From NCBI GenBank assembly GCA_023231475.1, contig JALJEE010002383.1, forward strand, positions 1 through 56,786: a stretch of DNA of 56,786 nucleotides, given 5' to 3'. The DNA is from Seison nebaliae (Eukaryota). The position numbers and the translations under genes are program-made. The notes below the pieces were generated by a model. The model made no database searches. It worked only from the letters and a program-made list of their open reading frames with translations, and had not been told where the DNA came from. Of the stretch, positions 41,901 to 54,678 are shown one piece after another (positions within the stretch are counted from its first letter, which is position 1; each line of letters begins with the position of its first letter).

Positions 41901-44900
41901 TAAAAATATGAAGAGAAAAAATTCCAAGTAATATCCATTATTATTATTTGTACCTAAATCTTTCTGTCTCTTTAATCTTTTTTTCTTATTTTTATAATTA
42001 AAAATTTTTTTGATGAATCTTTTCCTTAATCTTTTGTCGTATGCACGATCATCATCATAATTACAATAACAACAACAATAATTAAAAGAATAAGATCATA
42101 GTAGAAAGTTGAGAGGAAAATTAAAGTTACTATCGAAAATATACTAACATTCATTTCTTTCAATTTCTTGTTCAATGAATTCTTTGAACTTTCTTCGTCT
42201 TCCAATCGCCCATTCATTGCACCAATTTCACGATCCTTTCTTTTGCCATTTTCTTCCAAATCTCTTCGGATTCTTTCCAGATCTTCCAGTGAAGCTTGGC
42301 ACGATTTCAATTCACCTTCAGTCTTTCGCTTAACCTTATCGGTATCTCCACGAACTTTCTTTTCTCGTTCTAAATTATCTTCAATCTCATCTAAGTTTTG
42401 TTCTAATTTAGCCTTCAATTTGTTCAAATGAGACACTTTGTCTTCTTCAGCTTGTAAGTCTTCCAATGTCTTGGCATTAATCTCTTCCACCTTCTTTTTC
42501 TCTCTTGTTAATTTGGCAATCGCTTCATCTTGTTGTGCCATTTCATCTTGCAAAGTATGAATTTGGTTATCACGATTCTTATTCTCGTTATCTGATTTCT
42601 GGAGACTCATTTCCAAATCTTCCACATCTTTTCGTGTTTCTTCTAATTCGGATTCCAATTTCTTTCGTAATTGACCTAATTTAGCGCCACTATTCTCTTC
42701 CTCTGATACACGTTCCTCTAATTCTTTCACTTGATTCTCCAAGTCGGCCTTTTGCACAATCAATTTTTGACATTGATCATCTTTGCCTGAAATGTTCTCG
42801 CGCTCAGCCTCTAATTGGAGGAAGATATCGTTCTTCTCTTGGACCAAAGTGACATTGGCAACTTCCAATTCCTTTCTTAATTGTTCTTCCTTAGCGAAAT
42901 TTTCTTTCAATTTCGTATAATCCTCTTCGATCTTCTTCATTTCTTCTTCTTGACGTGCAACAGATAACAAAGGTTTCACTTTGGTGAACAACTTCCACCA
43001 TGGCCAGTTCTTGACTGCCAAGAATTTCTTAATGTTACGTTGGAGGACAGATAGAGCAATACGCTGTTCTAACATAGTTCGGTAATTCTTGAGCATCAAA
43101 AATCCACGAATATGTGATTGCAATTTCATAACAATCTTCGATAAGGCTGTGTCACGCATATCTTCAAGTTGACCGACAACTCCGGCTTTGAAGAAAACTT
43201 TAGTATGACCACATCGGTACAAATTCTCGTCCAAAGCAACATCTTTATCTTTCAAAATATTCTCAGTTGCTTGTTTAGCATCAACAAATCCTTTTGGTAC
43301 AGCATTTGGTGCGAGAATTGCATAACGTTGTTTGAATTCAGAATAAATTTGTCGACTGGGGAAACCTTTTCGACAAATACGGATACCTTCTAATACACCG
43401 TTACAAGACAATTGATGAAGTACAAGAGCTGCATCAATGACACCACCAGTCTTGATTTCATTTGGAATAATACAACGGACGAAATGAGGATGAGTTTGTC
43501 GGAGATTCAACATCAATCGGTTCAATTGATCACGATGTTGAGCGGAGATGGTTTGCATACCGCCACCTTTCTTCTTCTTGCCGCCACCTTTGTTGCTGTC
43601 CTCTGAAAATGATTAAAAATAAATTGTCAAATGTCGAATGTGAAATAGTAAAATGAAAATTTGTTAATGCACAGAAGTTTGTTAGTTGAAATTCTAAGTT
43701 TCAAATTTAGAAGATTTAGCGATTAAGAGATAAATTAAGAGTTCCCAATTAGAAATCATTGTGAAAAGTTGAACATGCAATCAGACTAAAGGTTAATCTC
43801 AAAAATAAGTATATTCAACGATTAGTTTTGTAAAGTGAATGAAAAGAAAGGAGAAGTGATGTAAGGTACCATTTAAGTAAGGTTCAAAGATCTCCCTTAG
43901 CATTGGGAGACCACTACGAGCAAAGAGTATGGCAACTGTAGTATTAATGGGATCTTTGTTCTTATCCAGCCATTGGTTGACCGAATAACGAACCTGGACG
44001 CAATTAATAGATGAATGAATAAGTGAATTAGGGATGTGATGATTTTTTTTGACATCTTCTAATTTAGGGGATTTTTTGGAAGGGAGTGAAGAGAATGATC
44101 AGATGAGGTGATAGTGTGCTGATGGATAATACTGTACTACGGTGAATTGGGAAGAGGAGTATAAGAGAAAATAATAATTGTGCAAAATGAGACCTTCTCC
44201 CACATCTCTAAACATCAATCGGCAGAGTTGATTTCCAGCATTCTTACACAACATTGCTACAGTGGTATTAATCGGGTCTTTATTCTTCTCAAGCCATTGA
44301 CTAACATTATAGGGCACCTACACATAACATATATGTGTGAAATATTAATGGAAAATGAATGATGGGTGATAAATGATAATAGTGGATGATGGATGGTTGA
44401 TGCTCCACTGGCACTACATTATCAAAGTGAAATTCTAATTTAAAATAATAATTGGAATATTTGGGTATTATGTGTTCGTTTGGTGCACATAGTCCATGGA
44501 TATCATTCTAAACTTATAAACAAAATGGATTCTAATATTTTCTAAATGTCTCTGAAATATTCAATTACCTTCTTCTCCAAAATCTTTGTAGAACATCGGC
44601 ATCAATTTATTTGCACTCTTTTTGAACAACTGTCCTACTGTTGCATTGATTGGATCTTTATTCTTTTCTAACCAACTCGTTACGTTATATGCAACCTGAT
44701 AACGAGCATTATTTAGTTTGAAGGATTAGAGTATACTCTCAATTCGCTCTTCTCTCGTTCTATCACATTCTTCTCATACTGCAATAATACTAACGGTTCC
44801 AGCATAATGATGCAATTCGAAATGAGCCTCAGCTCTTCCTTTTCCTGGTTTGGGTTTTCCGAAATTCTTGTGTTTGCCCAAATGATGATCGTATAACTTG

Positions 44901-47567
44901 TCTCGGAAAGTCATATCAGTAGCTTTCGGTACAATACATTCTTCTTCCAAGATACTGAGAATACCCATAGGCTAAAAATGGAAGAAATGACGTGAGAAAA
45001 GGACAAGAGAATTGAAACTTTTTCGATGAGATCGATACATGCTTGCAAGTCCATTCCGAAATCAATGAACTCCCATTGAATACCTTCTTTCTTGTACTCT
45101 TCTTGTTCCAACACAAACATGTGATGGTTGAAGAACTGTTGGAGACGTTCATTTGTGTAATTGATACACAATTGTTCGAAACCGTTATAATCGAAAATTT
45201 CGAAACCGGCAATATCCAGTACACCGATGAAATAAGCTCGTTTTGCTCCTTTCGTATCCAAAGTCAAGTTGACACGTTCCACTAGCCATTTGAACATACG
45301 ATCATAGATAGATTTGGACAAAGCACCAATTGCATAAACAACTTGATCTTTGTTTTGACCTTTATTGACGTATTCAGTACCGACTTTGATACGAGGTTTG
45401 AGGAGGCCTTTGATCAAATCTGCTGCCTGAACACCAAGAAGATGGGCAACTTTCTCACATTCTTCTGTTCCGTCAGATTCAGCTTGTTCCTCTCGGGGGC
45501 GTTGTTTCCATTTGGAGTTACCGAAGTGCATAATCGAAGAAGTACATTTGTACAAGTTCAATTTTTCATCGTCTTTAAATCCCAAAATACCGAAAGCCTC
45601 ATCTGTTAATTCCATTTCTTCCTTGTCGTCAACATTGTCGATAACCAACATACCTTGATTGACAAAGTGAAATTCTCCGGGATCATTACCAATCAACAAT
45701 TCCTTCTGATAATGGGGGAAAGCTTCACTGCACAACTGGTAGAAGATGTGGTAGTTACGTTCAGCTGGTTGCTGGAAGATGACACGAGATTTCTCAAGCA
45801 AATATGTTTCGATATCTGCTCCCGCAATTTTTCCATTGATACTGAAGTGAATTCGAATGAATTTACCCTAAAATTTTACCATAAGCAAATTAGTTTTTGT
45901 TTATAGATAAATTGTTATTCTAATACAATAATAATGCTACTGTGAGTGATTCAAAAAAAAAGATTGTGAAACAAATATAGGTGAAATGTAATAGGTACTA
46001 AAAAAATATAAATAATGTGAAAGAATAAGAAAAGAAGATATATGTATCAATAGATAAATGAGAATGTAGATTGCGTTGATATAAAAATATTATTAATTTA
46101 ATTGAAAAAGTATAAATTGTGCAGTGAGTGCATACTAACGAATCGTGAAGAATTGTTGTTACGGACGGTTTTTGCATTACCGAACGATTCCAGAACTGGA
46201 TTAGCTTGGATGATTTGGTTTTCCAATGATGTTTCCTAACATGCATAACAAAAGTGTGTAGGGTGAATAAATGATAAAAGGGTTGTCTACGTCTATTAAA
46301 TGAACATGCCGACTCTCATATCTATCAGAGTGCCTATAATCATTTCACTATGGTGTAGGAACTGGGGTGAATATGTGGGTGATTTTTATGGATATGAAGA
46401 AAGTCACTCACAAAACGAGAAGAGTTATTATTTCTGGTTGTCTTAGCATTTCCATACGCTTCAAGTACAGGGTTAGCAGATACAATTTGATCTTCCAGAG
46501 ATGTTGCCTTGATGAAAATTAATTAATAATAATAATAAGTCCCATAACAATCAATTATTTCTATAAGTAACAAAACTATCGACTATTGTGATTTGTAAAC
46601 GATTTTCCGTTAATTAAATCTATTTTTTAAGCTAAGTAAGAAACTCTGAGGAATAACATTGAACATGATCAACGTTGCCTTCATCTCCTATTATAAAATG
46701 AAGAATATAGGAGACTTAATCTATAAACATTTTGAATTGTTCTATTTCTGTTTGTTAAATCTCATACAATCCGATTGACTTTAAACTTCTATATCTTGTT
46801 CTAAATAATTGTTCAATTTAGGTGAGTTGTAAGCCTAGGATCTTATTGGTAGCAGCTTATCACCATTGAACCATATTTTCAGCCAATTATGAAGATTATA
46901 CTAACGCCTGTTTTCTTTCCTGTTGCGCCAACATTGGCTAAATATTGAATTACTTTCTTCGTATTCTCAGTCTTTCCAGCACCAGATTCTCCACTATTTC
47001 CATGAGATTAATTACATTAATAAGAGAAGATAGAACTAACGTAATCAACATAGATTGATTCTCTTTCTCTCTCAACATGTTCGAATAAGCGGTGTCGGAA
47101 ATAGCGTACAAATGTGGAGGTACTTCAGTCTTCTTTTTGCCTCGATACATGGCCATAATCTTCTCCGTGTAAATCGGTAATCGTTTGTACGGATTGATTA
47201 CGACACAAAACAAACCAGAATAGGTATAGATAAACCAATCAGCATAACGGTCACGTAAATTACCCAAAACGGATGCATCATTCAAGTGAGTCAAATCTGC
47301 CATGTCGTTCAATTTAAGGTATTTCGGTGGATTCTGCGGTACAGCGTCGTCCTTCTTGTATACATTCTCCGAATCTTTTGTCTTAACTGTCACTTTGTCG
47401 CCATCAGTCTTGGTGATCATACCAGCGACGTATCCTTCTTTCTTATTGGGAACCCATACGTTCTTCTTACCGTCGAAAGGTAACGATTGATTCTTCAATC
47501 GTTCTTCTTTGGGCACTTGGAGATATCGAAGAGATTCGATAATCTCTGGATCAGTTGGATCGAGCAT
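34864..47567 (-). CDS. Mhc: Muscle (striated-type) myosin II heavy chain with alternative exons
   Basis: P-loop [67 protein letters not shown], then a coiled-coil rod. Constitutive exons: 47567-47041, 46993-46906, 45867-45019, 44971-44795, 43602-42149, 39129-38819, 38313-36586, 36535-36335, 36261-36097. Confidence 0.97.
38462..38766 (-). CDS. Mhc: MHC mutually exclusive S2-hinge exon pair (38766-38688 and 38540-38462)
   Basis: Two 79-nt exons, phase 2 to 0, encode [26 protein letters not shown] and [26 protein letters not shown]. Confidence 0.85.
39360..40855 (-). CDS. Intron-nested alternative N-terminal exons (40855-40135 and 39574-39360) of a headless myosin-rod isoform (catchin/myorod-like)
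   Basis: The Ser/Thr/Asn-rich ORF has a phase-1 donor (TCAG|GTTAAA) that matches the phase-1 acceptor at 39574. That 215-nt exon ends in phase 0 (RNLIE|GTAAAC) and joins rod exon [10 protein letters not shown] at 39129 in frame. Confidence 0.75.
43870..44695 (-). CDS. Mhc: MHC mutually exclusive exon triplet B (44695-44569, 44317-44194, 43993-43870; region preceding loop 2)
   Basis: Exons of 127, 124 and 124 nt, all phase 0 to 1, each containing [11 protein letters not shown]. Confidence 0.92.
44348..44403 (-). promoter_or_regulatory. Dense YCAY cluster (Nova/Pasilla-type splicing element) upstream of MHC exon 44317
   Basis: The sense strand reads gcatcaaccatccatcatccactattatcatttatcacccatcattcattttccat, about 10 YCAY in 56 nt. 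Confidence 0.55.
46140..46507 (-). CDS. Mhc: MHC mutually exclusive exon pair A (46507-46412 and 46235-46140; post-loop-1/switch I)
   Basis: Two 96-nt phase-0 exons with AG/GT ends encode [32 protein letters not shown] and [32 protein letters not shown]. Confidence 0.93.
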
Positions 47568-48849
47568 ACTGTTATAGCGTTCGGTTTAAAGCGTTTCACG
47601 AAATGAAAGAACTCTACAAATAACCAAATCAGGAAATTATTAAAATATTTTGATCAAGTTATAAGATGGTATTGGTCTTCTAATAGACATTCTCTTCAAA
47701 CCATCAAAAACATTGAAGAAAATTTTAATGATGGTTTGATATCGAAACCTATTTTAACTGTTACGTTATTTCTATGAAGGAGAATGAAGAATATACGTAA
47801 TTTCTGGAATGAGTAGAAGAATATCTAATCTGCAAACCAAAAAAAGTGGAAGAAGAACAAATGAGAAAAATGCCTAAAAATGAATGATATATGATAAATG
47901 ATGAGAGTTGGTAATTTTTCTTCCATATATATACCATTTTCGTATCTTTTGCTAAACGTTGAACGCAACGCAAAAGTATTCATTACTCTCCCGGCCTATC
48001 GATTCTTTAACGTTGGATGCATCCTACATCTTATACAATAACTCCATAAGGATCAGTAAGCAGCTGTCGAAAAGAGAAGTGCTAAGCAATGTTACAATTT
48101 CTAAGAATTCAATCATTAATACTCTCTTTTGAACGTTTAATAATCACTTTCCTTCTCTCTCAATTCCGTGCGTTGGAATTCCTTTCCGAATGAAGTCGTT
48201 TTCTTTCTTATTTACGTAAATATATTTATTTAATTTTAATTTAATTTGAAGAAAAATAAGAAGAATTTTGTGTATGCATTGCGTATTCCTTCATCACTGA
48301 ATTTCAATCCGACTTATTCGGTGATCGGTCGTAAAATAGAAATAATTACCTTATACGTTCATTGAAATACACGGACATAAACATCAGATATTCTATTGAA
48401 AATCCGTACAAAATGTGCCTCTTCCTCAAAACATTATCTCTATCTCAACTGCCGCAAATGGGCTATGTTGTTTTTCCAGTATTCTCTTCAAATAATTCCA
48501 TTGTCTGCTCTTTCTCTTGCTTCATTCTATCTCGTTCATTACTTGGCATAATCGTTAAAATAAATTTTTCATCAGAAAAAGAAGAAAGTTTCTTATGATG
48601 GGAATTGGAAGAATGTAGAATTTACCCGCTTCATTTTCCGATACCGAAAGAATGAAGTTGATAGATTCTTTTTCTTACTAATGTTTAATTGAATAGTTGC
48701 CACCATCCTCCATCTGGATAGATGAGCAAAAAGAGATCCACTTCTCTCCTAAGCAAAGAGAAGGAGAACGTAGAACAGAAAAATTGAATAACAAATATCT
48801 TTATTTCCATAATTTAGCAATAAATTTCATTCTTCTGGTTTATTGCAAT

Positions 48850-50114
48850 TTACTTTGTTGAAATCGTGTTTGCACAATATGGTGCTTTCTTATTCGTCTG
48901 ATATGAGTAAGTTGAAGGCCAATCATTGAATTTATCAAACTGCCAAAATGAATCAGCGAAAAAACCGGCTTGAGGACACATCCTAATAGATTCGATTAGA
49001 GGACATGATTTCCTTTCACATTTATCAGTGTTGACTACGGAAAGAAAATAATATAATAATATTTTCTCCTCTCACTAAATAGTAAACAAATAACATGCCC
49101 AGGTACAATTCTTAACAGGCGCACATATTTCGTATTTCTCAATGGTGTCGATAAAAAAGTTTACGGCAAATTTATGTCCGCAGCCTAACAGTTTTTCTGC
49201 GTATCGTTTATCCAACCAACATCCAGGTTGAGTTGCCAAATTATTCAAATAAAAATTTAGATGACCAATAGGCAAAGAAATGCCGAAACTTGTTGTGGAC
49301 ATTAATGTGTCCACTAGTCTGTTCCACGAATAAGAAATGATATTTGACTATTGAATAGAATAGATAACCCAGCATCAGTAGAACTTAATCGATCCATTCC
49401 ATTCTGATCCTTGAAAGAAGGTCCAGCCGGATCAAGTCCAGTGATTCTTCTAAATTTATATTTTCCCGATGAAATTTTCTTAATTTCTTTAGATATGAAA
49501 CCACAAATATGTGCTCCTAACGAATGTCCAATACAGTGAATGGTTTTGATGAAATCATTTCCACTGTTTATCGTTTCAGCATTTTGTCGATCTATCAACA
49601 GTTCACCAATTGCCGTTCCAACACTCTTCGTTCGATCCGCCGCATCGTAATAATTGTACGTTTGTGCACCTTTACTCCAATCTATAAGAATATAATTCGA
49701 ATTCTTTATTCGTTGTCGCAATGCATCTTTCATTTTAGTCGCCCATCCTATATCGGTCGCCTGATCTTGAAAACCATGAATAATGATAAACGTTCTCATC
49801 GTCCTCTCTGGTCTTCCGCTAAACAAAAAAAAAGAATCCATAAAATTTTTGTATAAAATTTAAACTAAAAACTTTTTGAAATCTTCTCCACTCAACTCAT
49901 TAAGGTTATTCGACTTGTCATAATAATTCAAAAGAACACTAAATGTGTAATTTAATGGTGTTTGAACGGTCAGTTGGGTATGTCCTTTATATATAGATGT
50001 GACCCAAGGCAACCACGTTCCATCAAAGAATCCGCGTGCTGTCTCAGGAACATATGTTGCCGACAGAGTTACAACAATAAGGAGAACTAACACAGAAAGA
50101 TTATTCATGTTCAT
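48850..50114 (-). CDS. Secreted pancreatic-type lipase/phospholipase A1, 4 exons
   Basis: Signal peptide, IIHGF, IDW, nucleophile GHSLG, ITGLDPAGP (Asp), GHLNFY..QPGC and CGH (His). Confidence 0.88.
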
Positions 50115-50152
50115 TCAAATTTGTCAAGAAAAACAAATAATAATAAAATATA

Positions 50153-50205
50153 TTTTATATCGGACTTAATGGGAAGAGAAACACCTGACGAGCATTTATC
50201 GCTTT
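50153..50205 (-). promoter_or_regulatory. Putative lipase core promoter (GATA, E-box, TATA)
   Basis: The minus strand shows cgataa, caggtg and gatataaaat, the last about 40-45 nt upstream of the ATG. Confidence 0.3.
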
Positions 50206-50284
50206 GTCTCCTACACGTTATTCTTTATTTAACTTTTAATATATTTTTTAGTTGATTTTTACTACTTCTCTTGACAATTATTGA

Positions 50285-50965
50285 TCAGTTTTCTTTTGGT
50301 TTTGGAACTTTTTTAACTCTAAATGTATTAACTTTTGATTTGATGTTGGGTAGATAACTGGGTAGTCGCAATTTCTTATAATCAAATTTATTTGTTTTAT
50401 CTTTCATCAGTTTGTACTCCCTTAATACTTGGGCTCTCGTTTGACATATATCTGATCTCCTTTTCATTCGACCAGTCAGTTCATCTTCTATCGCCTGTCG
50501 TTTCTTATTTCTTTCATACCATTGATTCCCATAATAATTTTGGATTATCTCCGTCATATCATGACCATTTGCCGTCTTTACACCATGTACTAACGCCGGA
50601 AGAACAGTCGCTTTAGTTTCTTCAGAACATTCCTTTGGGGCAACTCCAGCCATGATCCTCTTATATGCACACATATTTTGTGATGGGACTTGTTGACGAA
50701 TTTGACTCTTATTTAAAGCAATATAATCTCTCGTTTCATATTTCTTCCTTTTCTTTATATCTTCAGATGCATCATAATAAATATTAACAGGTTCGCTTAT
50801 CTTCGTTTTGGCACCATATGTCGTGCTAATATGTGGAAGTTCAGCATTCGTAAAAACTACCTTTCCAAGAATATCTTTTTGTAGTAAACAATTCTGCAAC
50901 ATTGATTTACGTTTGACACCTAATTCGCCGGTTTTCGTATCAGCATAAAAATCGTTGAAGGGCAT
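50285..50965 (-). CDS. CFAP77: Cilia- and flagella-associated protein 77-like, intronless
   Basis: ELGVKRKSMLQNCLLQKDILGK..LP..TYG, RDYIALNK, IIQNYYGNQW, QTRAQVLREY and VNTF align with CFAP77 motifs. Confidence 0.75.
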   Translation of the reverse strand: MPFNDFYADTKTGELGVKRKSMLQNCLLQKDILGKVVFTNAELPHISTTYGAKTKISEPVNIYYDASEDIKKRKKYETRDYIALNKSQIRQQVPSQNMCAYKRIMAGVAPKECSEETKATVLPALVHGVKTANGHDMTEIIQNYYGNQWYERNKKRQAIEDELTGRMKRRSDICQTRAQVLREYKLMKDKTNKFDYKKLRLPSYLPNIKSKVNTFRVKKVPKPKEN

Positions 50966-51209
50966 AGTGAAAGAAAAATTTTATGAATAAAAATTCGAAG
51001 TGAAAATTTTTATGGGCCAATCTTAATTTCAATCCACTTTTTTAATCTATGTCTTTACTATCAATTCTTCTCGCCAACTACTAGATAAGAAATATCATTT
51101 AAATTATACGAATAATCATTTACTGAAAAATAAATAATATAATTATTATAACATAAATTATAAGTTAATAATTTTAAAGGATAAAACTTTCTTTCATAAA
51201 TCCATAAAT

Positions 51210-53325
51210 CCTCTCCGATCTTTGGAAGTCACTCAAGTTCGACGTCATTTCTTTACAAGAAACGTGGCTAAGATCCCCCCCAATTCTCTCACACAATTAT
51301 TTTCACATCATATATATCTTTCACCGGCTACTCCTTCTAATGGGAGGCTGGGCAAAGATGTTCGTCAGGAATGGTCATATTTATTAGGAAATCGTTACCA
51401 TCCTCCGGTTTCAGAATCCATTCTGAGTCTATTTGCTCGATCATGATAAACAATGTATTCTTTGTGAACTTCTATAGAGATACCTATAGGAAAACAGTTA
51501 CAACGATGATGTTGGAACAATTCATGTCAGAGGAATATGTTGATAAATCCTTCATAATTGTAGGAGACTTCAATCTCTATCCTATGGATATTGAGTTATT
51601 ATTAGAAAGTGGAAAGAATCTGTTATCCAATTTCAACGTTCACTTCATAAATCTTGAATTATGTGGCAAATCTTCTTTTTCCTTCCAATCGTTAAATGGG
51701 AAGTCTTGGATCGATCACATCATTATTTCTAAACATCTAACATTGATGTAAGTATCAACATCGTAAGTATGAATATTGATGAATGTGCTATTTCCGATCA
51801 ATTCAGAGTATCTGATCATTTCGCAATTATCTTGAGAGAGTTTCGCACGTTTAGAAGTAATGAGTAATAGTAATAATAATATTGATGATGATAAATCATT
51901 TATGATTCCAATATGCAAAAATGATAGATTATTATTGAACGGAGTTGAAAATATTAATAGTCATTATTTTAAATCGAGTCATGAAGTAATTGATAAACTA
52001 AAATCTACTGGTTCATTTCGCAAAGCTTGTCTTAGGAACGGTGGATCCTTCAATAAAAACATTTCAAACTTAGAGGGCATTAGACATTTGAAAAAAGATA
52101 TGATATCTGCAAATCGTCTATATCGAAATGAGAACTCACAGGAAACATTTTCTAATAGGAAAATTGCTCGAAAGAAGTTCCGACATGCAGTTCTTGATCT
52201 ATTAAGAAAAGCTGAGGAACAGAAATATGAGAGAATTGTTCATGTAAACAACACGTCGAACTTCTGATCACTGATGAGAAGAAATGGATGAAATACTTCG
52301 AATATTAGAATTGAAGATTTCGAGGAAGATTTGGGGTACACACGAACACGAACAAAAATGGACTGTTCTCGAATATAATTGTAATGTCTCGTTTTTGAAA
52401 ATCAGTTGACAACAACGAAATACATTGTTCTTATTTCGTTCACGAACGCTCTATAAAAATTTTACAAAATTTCCCAAAAAGAATTAAAAATGAATCAAAA
52501 TGACATGTATACAATGACAATTTCAATTGCAAAATTTTTATAAAATTCTTATAGAAAACGTTATAGCTTATGCAAATGATATTCTCGTTTGGTCCAACAA
52601 CGTCCGTCAGTGTAAAAGAATGGTCGATTTTATCAGTGTTCGATTAGCTATTATTGGAATCAAATGTAATGAGAGTAAATCGCTTAGTTTCTCAAATATC
52701 TCCAAATTTCCGTCTCGTCATGATTTGCAGAAATTAATGGGAAAAGAAGTCTGCTTCCTTGGATGTCAGATCGATTCGAAAAGAAGAAGTTCGGCATTCC
52801 ATCTACTCATTCCATCATCGTTTTTTTCTATTAAATTAAAATTGAAACTATTCGTTGGGTACTGTTGTGACTTTTATGGGTTATCAGTTTCTATCTCGAA
52901 TACGAAGAAACCATTACGATGTCTTGATCATGCATACAGTAGAACAGTTCGGATGATACTCTGTTGTCATAAACTTTTTAACGGAGCATTTATGTTCACG
53001 ATCTGCGAATTGACTTCTTTGCCGTTACTCCTGGTGCAGATGTACCTGAAGGTAGTTGGTTCTGTTCGCAGGTCGACAATTTCAGTTCCAACATATATTC
53101 AATATGAGAGTTTCTCGTCTCCTCTCAAATTTTTCTGTCGATATTATTAAATTACTAATTTAATACTAATAAATCAAATAACTTAATAATAATTTTACTT
53201 ATTATTGTTGTGAACGAATTTCAACATTATTGCCTATGTGTCTGATTCACTCAAGAACCATATTGCAACAGGCAAGAATCTTATTTCAAATAACTCCTTT
53301 TAAGGAGTTATCTTTTTCTCTTTTT
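51210..53325 (+). mobile_element. Degenerate non-LTR retrotransposon (APE endonuclease plus RT remnant), same family as 1-1035
   Basis: APE motifs GMVIFIRKSL, IIVGDFN, SWIDHII and SDHF; RT motif YAND(I), a decayed YADD. Multiple frameshifts and stops. The 3' region is homologous to the window start. Confidence 0.85.
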
Positions 53326-53460
53326 AATTTACTCCGTGAGGATTTGATATGAATAGAAAAAATAAATAAAATTCGACGTTGTTTCAAGTGTAAAAGTTTA
53401 TTTATAAGAATGAAGTTGTTTTATAAAAATATGAAAATGGTTCGCACTTAATTTCATTGA

Positions 53461-54678
53461 CTACATAAACACATTTCCATCGATTATCGATTGAGAATAC
53501 TCAGGAGATATGAATCCATTTTGGATATTAGATTTTATTGAACTAAACATTCGTTTCATTCGACCATCCTTTTCACTCTTTTCCTGTGCTAGATACATTT
53601 GATGATGAGAATTGTTTGTGTCGATGATTAATTGAGATGGACCGTCATATGATACGAATTCTGACCATTCATCTGACTTGTTGGGTAATCGATTCTCGAT
53701 TGACTTCAAACAAGACTTTATACAAGAATGAAAATCAGAAAATGTTTTTCTTCCACAATGTTCACAATTGTTAAATTTTTATATTATGAACAAATGTGCA
53801 AAACAGAAATTTTAGAAGATTGAAAGTTATTAAACATGTTATTGAAAACTGAAATTAATTAGCATTAGCTCCAGTTAATAATAGAATGGAATTATATTAG
53901 AAGATCTCAATAGAGAAAAGGGAAGAGAAAGAATTGGAACCTTAAAATAATTTTTATAGATCCATCAATTATCCAACGTCGTAGAAGTATGAAGGATAAA
54001 AAATGGTATAATCGATAAATAACTAATTCTATGAGGGATGTTCATATGGAATAGAATCCGAAGAAAAGCGTTCCTACTACTACAAGCAGGTAATAGAGAA
54101 GATAAAGTAAAATTTAATTAACATATTCCTTTGTCGACAGTAGATTGATAGGTGACATCACCGTTTCACCGACTTGTGGTTGGGAGGACGGGTTCCCAAT
54201 TTTTATCGGTTTCAGTAGATCATTCGATGACATTGAATGTTTCTCATTTTTCATTAATAACTCATTCTCCAACAACAATGAACATGATGATTTGGTGGGA
54301 GATATTGTTAACTAAAAATCGTAACAAAGTTATTAGTTTGGAGGAGAAAAGCACCTTCGAGTCCTTTTTGGATAAATTCAAAGACTTATTCAATAACTTC
54401 TTCAATTGTTCTTCATATTCCAAGTCGGATAAATGTGGAACTGAACTTTAAATAAGACAAGAAGTTAATGAAATAGGAAATATAGTGCCAAACTTTTTCA
54501 TCGATGGATGTCTATTTAAAACGTCATCGAATGAGATATAATCGACCGTGTTCAATTCCATATCGACATCAGAATAAAATGATTCCGAATCAGTCGAAAT
54601 CGTTTTATCGAATTCTTTCAATAATGATTCGTAGTTAAATAAAGAAGCATCCATTTCTTCGGGAGATGTGATCTCCAT
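53461..54678 (-). CDS. One or two uncharacterised multi-exon genes
   Basis: Spliceable frames MEITSPEEMDA...HPSMK-NSVPHLSDLEYEE...-LTISPTKSSCS..., plus a downstream CEHCGRK...DEWSEFVSY exon. The linkage between them is unresolved. Confidence 0.45.

Noticed and set aside
44050..44794. Docking-site/selector RNA pairing for the exon triplet
   Set aside because: Only about 7-nt complementarities were found (e.g. gtgatag/ctatcac), which are expected by chance; a folding analysis is needed.
36648..45906. Numerous short antisense or alternate-frame ORFs over myosin
   Set aside because: Shadow ORFs of the real coding frame.
50115..50284. CFAP77-lipase as an operon (170-bp gap)
   Set aside because: The spacer has its own TATA/GATA/E-box-like motifs and no clear trans-splice acceptor.
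15476..50965. Cluster of sperm/cilia genes (LEKR1, SPATA18, SPATA1, CFAP77)
   Set aside because: They are interspersed with housekeeping genes over 35 kb; no evidence of non-random clustering from one window.
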